From Candidatus Undinarchaeales archaeon (lineage in GTDB: Archaea; SpSt-1190; JASMDC01), in the NCBI GenBank assembly GCA_030753015.1, contig JASMDC010000038.1, positions 1 to 25,951 on the forward strand: a DNA stretch of 25,951 nt. Direction: 5' to 3'. Below, one piece after another: positions 1-7,662 of this stretch. The notes beneath the pieces are model-generated. The model saw only the letters and a list, made by a program, of their open reading frames with translations, ran no database searches and was not told where the DNA came from. Within the stretch, counting starts at the first letter, position 1. The number at the start of each line of letters is the position of its first letter. A program made the translations under genes and the position numbers.

Positions 1-104
1 ATCGCATCAGGGTCGAGTGCTTTCCTTCGGTACTTTACGCACTGGACGAAATGATACTGTAGTGCATAGACAGAATGAGCTCCCTTGTCCAGGTCGTATA
101 TCAT
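1..104 (-). CDS. tnpA: IS200/IS605-family HUH (Y1) transposase TnpA, N-terminal part (runs off the window)
   Basis: Hand translation from ATG at 104: MIYDLDKGAHSVYALQYHFVQCVKYRRKALDPDA. This matches the typical TnpA N-terminus (HSVY.L.YH.V..VKYRRK). Not in the ORF track. Confidence 0.9.
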   Translation of the reverse strand, partial: MIYDLDKGAHSVYALQYHFVQCVKYRRKALDPDA

Positions 105-225
105 GGTTACTAATAGTAGACCGCGCGTTAACATATATTTAGGGGGGGCGGCAGACCGGTATTCCTGTGCTCCTTCTACCTTTCGGCTCCATCACCTCCC
201 TTTCGGAAGGGGACTTCCCGCCGAA
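1..225 (-). mobile_element. Left end of an IS200/IS605 element
   Basis: Upstream of tnpA the minus strand reads TTAC|TTCGGC-GG-GAAG-TCC-CCTTCC-GAAA-GGGAGG-TGATGGA-GCCGAA. Inner hairpin 195-210, outer stem 182-187/220-225, TTAC at 229-226. The exact boundary is inferred. Confidence 0.7.
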
Positions 226-248
226 GTAAAAAAGTTAAAACGCACTTC

Positions 249-300
249 TGACACTCCTTTCACAAAGTGTCACTGCCCAGTAAAGACAAGCTTTATATAG
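249..300 (+). promoter_or_regulatory. Inverted repeat TGACACT-N10-AGTGTCA upstream of a TATA box for the gene at 337
   Basis: tgacact 249-255 and agtgtca 266-272; tttatata 292-299; AGGTG SD-like at 326-330. Confidence 0.5.
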
Positions 301-336
301 CCCACTACCCCCGGAACCGCCCCGTAGGTGTTGGTT

Positions 337-1290
337 ATGTACAGTGCTGCGGACATCGACCTGGAATCCGATGGGTATGCTGCAGCCAACCCTTCTGAAA
401 CGGCCGTCACCACCTGTGACCTTTCAGGATCCCGTCTCACGGGGTATGCAATCAAGGCCGCCATATTCGTTGGCGGCTGCTATGTCCTTGACGCGGTCAC
501 GTCCCTCGCTGGCGGATACACCAACCGCATAGGTCAGGATCCTGACCAGTACCTATCCCCTGACGGGCAGGCACGCGTCGCGGAGGCCCTGGGTACCGAT
601 GAGATCTGGTCCGAGATCGAGCACGATCCCTCGTCCTACTCCGGCCTCGATATCGTCGGTCGCATCCATTCCCGGGTCATGTCGCAGCTCGAGTACGACC
701 AGTCCATCGCCAGCACGGGCATCGATGACGCTCTGAACTCAGGAAAGGGCATCTGCTTTGACTACTCGGGCATGACCTACTCGGCTTTCCTCAAGCTAGC
801 TGCCGACCATCCCGAGCTCAACGAGCAGCTGGCCGCTGTCCAATGGTCGTTCGGTGTGTATGGAGAAGAGGAGATGGCCCATGCATGGCTGCAGGTGCGC
901 GGTGATGATGGTGCATGGCACCATTACGAGACGACCGCCGACTATGTCACAGGCGACATGAGCGAGGGGGACAACGTCATAGATACGCCACCGCTGATGG
1001 AAGGGTACCACACAGCACTGGGTGGCAAGCAGACCGACGCCGCGGGCAACGTCCACAGTTTTGTCGAGTGGGACAAGGTGATCATCCCCGAGATTTCTGC
1101 GGGCGAGCAGCTGGTCAACACATATGAGGTCCTTTCCGGGAACGACATCCCCAACGAGCTCGAGGCGTACCTCCCGCAGAGCCACATCATCGCCGGAGCC
1201 AGCCTTGGTGCCGTCCACGGTACACGGCTCGCACTGAAGGCCGGCTGGGACCTTGTTCGCGGGAAGCACCGGGAAAAAGAAAAGGAGTAG
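337..1290 (+). CDS. Membrane-anchored transglutaminase-like (papain-fold) cysteine protease
   Basis: GKGICFDYS (Cys), AHAWLQV (His), W..YETT where DPT is usual. Hydrophobic segments near both termini. ATG 337 preferred over GTG 328 because of SD spacing. Confidence 0.75.
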   Translation: MYSAADIDLESDGYAAANPSETAVTTCDLSGSRLTGYAIKAAIFVGGCYVLDAVTSLAGGYTNRIGQDPDQYLSPDGQARVAEALGTDEIWSEIEHDPSSYSGLDIVGRIHSRVMSQLEYDQSIASTGIDDALNSGKGICFDYSGMTYSAFLKLAADHPELNEQLAAVQWSFGVYGEEEMAHAWLQVRGDDGAWHHYETTADYVTGDMSEGDNVIDTPPLMEGYHTALGGKQTDAAGNVHSFVEWDKVIIPEISAGEQLVNTYEVLSGNDIPNELEAYLPQSHIIAGASLGAVHGTRLALKAGWDLVRGKHREKEKE

Positions 1291-1377
1291 GCCTTCGCGG
1301 ATCCGCTATCATTATCATCTAGAGTAAGAACTAGATGCGAGGGATTACTCCCCCGCACCTCTGTTCTTTCCGCACCC

Positions 1378-2157
1378 TTACGACGTGAAGGTATCCTGCA
1401 GCTGGTCGATAGCGGCCTGCTTCACCGCTAATTGCTCTTCGAGGTTCGCCATCTGGTACTTGACGTAGAGACCCCCGAAGAACGGCACCTTCGCAAGAAA
1501 GCTGTCCTGGACCTTCTGGGTCCGAGTCACCTGCTCCTCCTCGACCATCTGGTCGAGCTGTTGGTACAATCCCGGATCATCCAGTCCGAGGACCACGGCC
1601 GTATTGCCCGAGGTGTTCGAGTAGCTCGACAGGTCCGCGAGAAGGTCGTACACAACGGTCTTTGTGTCGAGCCTCGCTGCGGTCTGCTGGATGCCAGAGA
1701 TGTCCTCTAGCGCGTCCAGATTCCCGACGAGGTCCCCGGGGAGGCATCCGTAGGCCTGGATGGTCACCGAGAGCGTGTCGGTGTTCCGGGTCACGGTGTT
1801 CGGCCCTGCCGAGAGCGCCTCCTTTGAGACGTTCTCACGTTGGACGAACTTATAGCCCGGTCCGAATCCGATCAGGGTGAGGTAGCCCTCCACCTGGGCA
1901 TGTATTCCGAGCTCATCGCACTGGTCCTCGACCGTGGACAGGGTGTTCAGCAGGTCGTGTTCGCTCACGCCTGACTCGTGCATCGTACCGCTACCCCTCA
2001 TGAGGGAGTAGGAGATGCTCGTCTCAGTTCCAGCGTATACATTCTGCATTCCATTATTGGACGCCACTGCGCCGCCGATCGCATCGAGGAACTCGCAGGT
2101 GTCACCGGACACCTTATCCTCATAGGGCATGTGCACGCGTTCATTCTCAAGGTACAT
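1378..2157 (-). CDS. Hypothetical acidic protein with C-terminal amphipathic/coiled-coil region
   Basis: 259-aa ORF; AGGTGA SD at 2169-2164; TATA-like element near 2191-2199; C-terminal FLAKVPFFGGLY followed by a heptad-like helix. Confidence 0.7.
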   Translation of the reverse strand: MYLENERVHMPYEDKVSGDTCEFLDAIGGAVASNNGMQNVYAGTETSISYSLMRGSGTMHESGVSEHDLLNTLSTVEDQCDELGIHAQVEGYLTLIGFGPGYKFVQRENVSKEALSAGPNTVTRNTDTLSVTIQAYGCLPGDLVGNLDALEDISGIQQTAARLDTKTVVYDLLADLSSYSNTSGNTAVVLGLDDPGLYQQLDQMVEEEQVTRTQKVQDSFLAKVPFFGGLYVKYQMANLEEQLAVKQAAIDQLQDTFTS

Positions 2158-2373
2158 TTGATTTCACCTGAGGCGCCCGAGGACCGATTGTTTTTTATAG
2201 TTATCGTAGGGTACGGGTATATTATCTACGTTATTCGCGTTATTCCACCTAAATGGGACATTATTACGAATTCTTAACGCACATGGGACATCACCCCCTT
2301 GCACCAGTTCACTACCGCGCAGTAACAACAATAACCGGAACATATATATACTGGAAATGCCTACTATACTCCA

Positions 2374-3084
2374 ATGGCGTCTGGTAATAGTGAGGTCGAC
2401 GATTTCATGGCCTCACTGGGTATCAGCACGGAAGAGCTGGACCAGTTGCAGATCAAGACGGACGACGGCTGGGAGTCCGCCTCATCATACGATCCAAAGA
2501 GATGGCAGGACAAACAGGCAACTCGGACAGATCCAGCCCATGGCCAGTATGACACCAAGAACAGTGCGTCATACTCCTCGCTAAAAGCCATGGAGATGGA
2601 CGAGCGGCTCGACATGTACAGTGGCATCAACGTCGGAGGGAATCACCTCATCCACGTAACAACGGACGAAGGTGTGGAGGGCATCCTGAGGGACGGCTAC
2701 ATGAAGGCCGGCGGCGCACAGAAGTACGCGAGCGAGCGTGGCAGCCGCACAGGACGTCCCATAGGAAGGGGCATCTATACCCTTGACACTCACGACGATC
2801 CTTCCCTTGATCAGATCCTGACACCCAACTTCCTCGGTTTTGCGTTCGAGAAATTCCATAATGAGGGCCTCAGGGTGCTGAGGATACCGAAGTACAATCC
2901 CACATCAGGAGCCAACCTCAGGTACGACCTCCCGTCCCGACCGGATCCCGGAGAGCACGGGTACGCCATCATCCAGCAGCAGCAGCTCCCCTATGACAAG
3001 GTCGAGACCCTGGCGTTCAACGGAGCGGGCAAACTGGAGTGGGCACCGATCTCGGAGATCGCGGGGGGCGGTTACTCGCTCTAG
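2374..3084 (+). CDS. Putative ADP-ribosyltransferase-fold protein (H-Y-[E] clade)
   Basis: LIHVTT..GV.GIL..G ... GRGIY ... AII....LP.DKV follows the PARP/Tox-ART pattern HxT..I...G..G.GIY. TATA atatatata at 2342-2350 suggests a leaderless start. Confidence 0.65.
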   Translation: MASGNSEVDDFMASLGISTEELDQLQIKTDDGWESASSYDPKRWQDKQATRTDPAHGQYDTKNSASYSSLKAMEMDERLDMYSGINVGGNHLIHVTTDEGVEGILRDGYMKAGGAQKYASERGSRTGRPIGRGIYTLDTHDDPSLDQILTPNFLGFAFEKFHNEGLRVLRIPKYNPTSGANLRYDLPSRPDPGEHGYAIIQQQQLPYDKVETLAFNGAGKLEWAPISEIAGGGYSL

Positions 3085-3238
3085 TGAACCTCGCAGAAAA
3101 CCGTAAGAAAACGTGGTACTCGGTCCAAATTACAGACAAAAACGAGACAATTTTATTAACCCATAATAAAATATATTAAGGAGAAGCCCCATATTAATCA
3201 ACAGGGCTTTTGCCCTATCGTGACCAAACCGCCTTTGC

Positions 3239-3261
3239 CTTCCCTCTTCTTTTCTCTTTTT
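3239..3261 (+). terminator. Pyrimidine/U-rich archaeal terminator-like tract
   Basis: cttccctcttcttttctcttttt directly abutting the stop of the convergent gene. Confidence 0.5.
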
Positions 3262-3982
3262 ACCCACTAGGGATAAGACCCTCGATTGTCATGGCGGAGA
3301 GGGCCGCGTCCACTATGGACCGCTTACCACGGATACGGACACGCACCTCTCCCTTGCCCGGGTAGATACCGATCTTGGCACCGGTACTCTGAACGATCGC
3401 ATAGATGGGTTCGGCGACAATGGACTCGTCGGGAGTAAGGAGGACACGCTCCTCGACGACCTCGTCACTTGACCCGACCGGAGGAAAGAGCTCGCCCAAA
3501 AAGTGCCTGAGCTCGGAGGGCACACCCGGGAGGAGGTACACGACGAGCGTACCGGACTCGATGCGGATGGCGGGCGCAACACCGACGGCGTTCCTTACAG
3601 GCACCCCGCCCTCCGGGACCCGGGCCATGCGCAGGCGTACGTCCGTGATCTCGCCCTTCCCCCTGCTCCGGTAGGACTCTTCGACCCATTTCTCGACCTG
3701 GGGGTCCACGGCGACGGGGCGCGAGAGCGCGCTCGCAACAGCATCGATGGTGATATCGTCATGCGTGGGGCCCAGACCGCCCGAGACGACAAGGATGTCA
3801 GAGCCGTCACGTGCACGATTGACCTCGGCGACGATGGCGTCAACGTCATCACCCACCACCGACTGGCGGACGATGGTGGTGCCCGCGGTAACGAGCGCCC
3901 GGGCCATGTCGGAGGCATTGGTGTTGACGATCTCCCCACGGAGGACCTCATCGCCTACGCAGAGCACCGTCGCGCGGACCAT
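3260..3982 (-). CDS. Stand-alone COG1058 / CinA N-terminal molybdopterin-binding-like protein (ADP-ribose/FAD pyrophosphatase family)
   Basis: VGDEVLRGEIVNTNA, VGDD, SGGLGPTHDDIT, N.VGVAP, LPGVPSE. No PncC domain. The upstream part of the 481-aa track ORF is a shadow of the plus-strand gene; likely start MVRATV at 3982. Confidence 0.9.
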   Translation of the reverse strand: MVRATVLCVGDEVLRGEIVNTNASDMARALVTAGTTIVRQSVVGDDVDAIVAEVNRARDGSDILVVSGGLGPTHDDITIDAVASALSRPVAVDPQVEKWVEESYRSRGKGEITDVRLRMARVPEGGVPVRNAVGVAPAIRIESGTLVVYLLPGVPSELRHFLGELFPPVGSSDEVVEERVLLTPDESIVAEPIYAIVQSTGAKIGIYPGKGEVRVRIRGKRSIVDAALSAMTIEGLIPSG

Positions 3983-4034
3983 GAAGAGGACCATCCCAGC
4001 AACACATAAAACGGTGAGGGTCGAAAGGATTGGA

Positions 4035-4745
4035 GTGGCGGAGCATGACGACCTCGAGCGCCTGGAGATCTCGTGCAGGTTCAGCGAGAAGCACGAGGAC
4101 TGGGACGAGGCGGCCGAGGGCTGGGAGGTGTTCGCAGCGCTGCAGGGCGAGCAAGGTACCTGGGACAAGGCCGCAGAGGCGCTTGAACATGCGGCCGTCG
4201 ACTGGCGCAAGGCCGGGCTGGACGATGACGAGAACGGCGCATGGCGCAAGGCCGCGAACGCATGGGAGCGAGCCGAGCAGAGCGACAAGGCAGCGGTCGC
4301 CGCGGAGAACGCACGCGACTGGACACGTGCCATCGGCCTGTGGCGGTCACTGGACAGAGAGGATGACCTGACAAACGCCCTGGAGAAGGCCCATCTCTGG
4401 GAAGAGGCCGCACCCCGTTGGGAGAAGAAGGGTGACTGGAAGCGGGCAGCTAAGGACTGGGAGCGCGTGAAGGAGTGGGGGAAGGCGGCTGCTGCATGGG
4501 AAAAGGCAGAGTTCCCGGTGACCGCTGCCGACCTGTATGAGCGCGTGGGGAACGCAGATGCGGTGAGCCGCCTGCTGGCCACGGTTGCAGAGAAGCGGGC
4601 AGAGGCCCAACGGCTCGAGGTGAGGGAGAGGTTCGAGGAGGCCGCGAAGCAGTGGGAACGCGTGGGTGAGATCGAACGTGCCAACCTCTGCGTACGCCAG
4701 CACAACCTGCGTCTCGAGAAGGAGCGCTCGCGTGAAGTTTTATAA
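4035..4745 (+). CDS. Alpha-solenoid (TPR/SNAP-like) protein with 13-aa Trp repeats
   Basis: WEEAAPRWEKKGD/WKRAAKDWERVKE/WGKAAAAWEKAEF/PVTAADLYERVGN. GTG start at 4035 chosen to avoid overlap with the divergent COG1058 gene. Confidence 0.75.
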   Translation: MAEHDDLERLEISCRFSEKHEDWDEAAEGWEVFAALQGEQGTWDKAAEALEHAAVDWRKAGLDDDENGAWRKAANAWERAEQSDKAAVAAENARDWTRAIGLWRSLDREDDLTNALEKAHLWEEAAPRWEKKGDWKRAAKDWERVKEWGKAAAAWEKAEFPVTAADLYERVGNADAVSRLLATVAEKRAEAQRLEVRERFEEAAKQWERVGEIERANLCVRQHNLRLEKERSREVL

Positions 4746-4900
4746 ACGATCTCGACACTTTCATGACCTAGGTACCCTACTTCTAGATACCGGTTTATCG
4801 CTCTAATTATTAATATCGTGATAGGTCATATCAAAATAAGTATCCTTTAAAAACGATGAACGGAATCACAATCCTTACCCAGTCTGATAGGTGAGAGGGA

Positions 4901-5971
4901 ATGGACTTCATTATAGAAAATGCCCTGAAGAACACGCGTGAAACACCGGATTTCATGGACGCCGTTGGAGCACCCCGCATATTCGTTGTCGGGTGTGGTG
5001 GGGCTGGTAACAACAGCATCCACCGACTTCACAACATGGGTGTCAGCGGCGCAGAGATCATTGCGATCAACACGGACAAGCAGCACCTGGACAACAGGCA
5101 CGCGGACACCAAGATCCTTATAGGGGCCGAGGTCACCCGTGGTCTCGGTGCCGGCGGATTCCCTGATGTCGGGAAGAAGGCGGCCGAGGAGTCCAAGCAT
5201 GAGCTCCAGCAAGCGATAGGGAACGCCGACCTCGTGTTCATCACGGCAGGTATGGGCGGTGGTACCGGAACCGGCTCGGCCCCCATCGTGGGCGAGATCG
5301 CCCGCAACAAGGGCGCCATCGTGATCGGTGTCGTGACGATGCCCTTCTCCCTGGAACGGGCACGGCGCATGAAAGCCGAGACCGGCCTTCTCGAGCTGCG
5401 CAAGCAGGCCGACACGGTCATCGTCATCGAGAACAACCGGCTCGTCGAGGTCGCAGGGAAGCTCCCGCTCGGGCAGGCGTTCGCCGTGGCGGACGAGCTG
5501 ATCGCCATGATGATCAAGGGTATCGTGGAGACAATCGCTGTCCCCTCGCTCATGAACCTCGACTACGCGGACGTCAAGGCCATCATGCGCGATGGCGGAG
5601 TGGCCATGATCGGTGTTGGCGAGGCCACGGGCGAGAAGAAGGCACATGACGCTCTCCAGAAGGCGCTGACCACACCGCTCATCGATGTGGACTACAAGGG
5701 CGCGACGGGCGCGCTGGTGCACATAACCGGTGGACCCGACCTGACCCTTGCCGAGGCCAACGAGATCGGTGACCTTGTGAGCCACAACCTGGACGCGTCA
5801 GCAGGCGTCATCTGGGGCGCGCGCGTTGACGACGACATGGAGGGCCGCATCCGGGTGATCACCATCATCACCGGTGTGAACTCGACCTGCATCCTCGGAG
5901 CGAACCAGGAGAAGAACGAGACGAAGGACGTTTCGAGCCGCTTCAAGGACATCGGCCTGGACATGATCTAG
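4901..5971 (+). CDS. ftsZ: Cell division GTPase FtsZ, archaeal FtsZ2 type
   Basis: GGAGNN, INTD, GGGTGTG, NLDYAD, VHITGGPDLTL, IWGAR; C-terminal GLDMI; AGGTGA SD-like upstream. Confidence 0.97.
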   Translation: MDFIIENALKNTRETPDFMDAVGAPRIFVVGCGGAGNNSIHRLHNMGVSGAEIIAINTDKQHLDNRHADTKILIGAEVTRGLGAGGFPDVGKKAAEESKHELQQAIGNADLVFITAGMGGGTGTGSAPIVGEIARNKGAIVIGVVTMPFSLERARRMKAETGLLELRKQADTVIVIENNRLVEVAGKLPLGQAFAVADELIAMMIKGIVETIAVPSLMNLDYADVKAIMRDGGVAMIGVGEATGEKKAHDALQKALTTPLIDVDYKGATGALVHITGGPDLTLAEANEIGDLVSHNLDASAGVIWGARVDDDMEGRIRVITIITGVNSTCILGANQEKNETKDVSSRFKDIGLDMI

Positions 5972-5982
5972 GCCTGGACCAC

Positions 5983-6018
5983 GGCCGGGTCCTTCGGGGC
6001 CCGGCCACCCTCTCTTCT
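5983..6018 (+). terminator. GC stem with cUUCGg tetraloop followed by a pyrimidine tract
   Basis: ggccgggtcc-ttcg-gggcccggcc (5983-6006; one G-U pair), then accctctcttct. Confidence 0.6.
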
Positions 6019-6076
6019 CCGGGGACCGCTTCTCCGGAGCCATCTATTTATAGAATAGACATGCCTCTCATTCTCA

Positions 6077-6628
6077 ATGGGTCGCATGGGTTTCCTGCAT
6101 GCTCGCAAACTCCGCAAGGCGCGGGAGGACCGTGAGCTCGCCGCTTTGAAAGGTCCATCCCAGGAGCGGCAGGAGACAGAGGAAGAGGTACATGCCCGCG
6201 TAAGGCTCGAGGAGCCCATCATGGCGTCCTGGGAACAGGGGCCGTCAGTAGAAAAGCTCGCCGACTCCCTCGAGCAGGCCGCAAGCGACCTGGAGTCGAT
6301 CGGGCGGGCGCGGGAGGACCTCTCAGGTCTCGGGGACAGGGGCCATGACGAACCGGCCCCGGTGTTCGATGAGCGGAGCGAACGCGCAGGTGAGGTCGGT
6401 GGATCCTCGAGGGAGCAACCCGTGCGCCAGCGTGGCCCCGGAGATGTCCAGGCACCGGACCAGGCAGTGCTCGACGACCTCGCTGAGCATCGACAAACGA
6501 TCATCGCGCACCTCGAGAACATGCGCCAGCGGATAATTGACGATCCGCTCCTCTCGCAGGAGGACCGCGATACGCTCCTGGCAAAGATCCAGCGCAAGCT
6601 CAACGATGCCCGCGGGCTCACAAGTTGA
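6077..6628 (+). CDS. Hypothetical charged protein with disordered middle and C-terminal helical hairpin
   Basis: 183-aa ORF; TATA tatttata about 25 nt upstream. Confidence 0.65.
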   Translation: MGRMGFLHARKLRKAREDRELAALKGPSQERQETEEEVHARVRLEEPIMASWEQGPSVEKLADSLEQAASDLESIGRAREDLSGLGDRGHDEPAPVFDERSERAGEVGGSSREQPVRQRGPGDVQAPDQAVLDDLAEHRQTIIAHLENMRQRIIDDPLLSQEDRDTLLAKIQRKLNDARGLTS

Positions 6629-7412
6629 GCAGACGTCGCGCGTTCCCGCCGAGTATGAGCTCTTTCTCGTCCTTATCAAGTGGGAGGATGTCGATCTTCA
6701 TACGCTCAACGCTCGGATGGGAGAAGGGTGAGTCCGATCCGAAGAGGATGCGCTCCGGGCCGTAAGCCGCCGCCGCGATCAGGATGTCGGCGTGGACCGC
6801 GGTGGACGTTTCGAAGTAGACGTTGGGGATGTTCCGGAGCTTCTCCCTAGTGCGGTCCTCGTGTCGCCCAAGGTGGCCCACGATCAGCTTGAGCTTGGGG
6901 AACTGGCGGGCCAGTGGGATGAACTTGACCGGCGTAGTAAAGCTAACGTCCCCACGGAGCCGTTCCTCGCTGGGGATGTACTCGCTGTGGATGAGCACGG
7001 GCATTCGTTCCTCCTCGGCGATGTGGAGTATGTTGTAAAGACGGGGATCGTCGAGACCGAACGCCTGCGTCCGCGGATGGAGCTTGATGCCAAGGGCTCC
7101 CTTCTTGATGCAGCGCTTGAGCTCGCCCACACCCTTGTTCTTCGGGTTGAGCCGGCAGAAGGCGAGCAGGCGCGGATGCTCGTCGCATGTATCGAAGATA
7201 AGGTCGTTCTCCTTGCGGAACGTGCCGTCCTTGCTCCGGCCGAAGGGGAACGTCACGGACTTTTCAATGCCCGCCGCGTCCATCTTTTCGATTATATCCT
7301 TGCCGAACTGCTTGAATAGGAGCTCGTCAGGATTGAACATGGTCTGCGGGTGCTTGACCGGTTCGTCCGTTCGCCCGCCCTTCCCGATGTGGTTGTGGAA
7401 ATCGATGATCAT
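6618..7412 (-). CDS. Amidohydrolase_2 family TIM-barrel metallohydrolase
   Basis: IIDFHNH, GIKLHP, PVLIH, IVGHLG, ILFGSDSP, GGNARRLL. ATG 7412 preferred over GTG 7433 given the TATA near 7441-7447. Confidence 0.92.
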   Translation of the reverse strand: MIIDFHNHIGKGGRTDEPVKHPQTMFNPDELLFKQFGKDIIEKMDAAGIEKSVTFPFGRSKDGTFRKENDLIFDTCDEHPRLLAFCRLNPKNKGVGELKRCIKKGALGIKLHPRTQAFGLDDPRLYNILHIAEEERMPVLIHSEYIPSEERLRGDVSFTTPVKFIPLARQFPKLKLIVGHLGRHEDRTREKLRNIPNVYFETSTAVHADILIAAAAYGPERILFGSDSPFSHPSVERMKIDILPLDKDEKELILGGNARRLLNL

Positions 7413-7662
7413 CGGACCTGTTGAATTGCTCACCTTCTTTTTATAAAGGCTCAGGATGGCACCGGGGATCGCGACCTCGCGGCCAATTCTACGAATAACG
7501 AAGTGCAGGCGATGCCAATGGACACAAAACGCAATCTATAAAAGGCGGAAGGGGGGCGATAAGACCTCTTGGGGGTCCGGAAAGCAGCCTCATCCGCTTG
7601 AAACAAAGTATATACACAATATACCCAAGTGATTAAAGGAAGTGACCGGACCGGGGTACGCA

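Noticed and set aside
105-125. Similarity of the tnpA upstream ctactattagtaac to the shared orphan promoter palindrome
   Set aside because: Partial AT-rich match needing gaps; not distinguishable from chance.
141-225. GNRA hairpins read as a riboswitch, ribozyme or C/D sRNA
   Set aside because: No matching consensus; better explained as the IS200/IS605 left end upstream of tnpA.
3983-4705. N-terminal 240 aa of the 481-aa minus ORF (apparent CinA fusion)
   Set aside because: Ser/Ala-rich antisense shadow of the Trp-repeat gene; family motifs start at 3982.
4856-4894. 12-codon uORF before ftsZ (possible cdrS remnant)
   Set aside because: Too short, no RHH similarity, and it starts upstream of the likely TSS set by the TATA at about 4845-4852.
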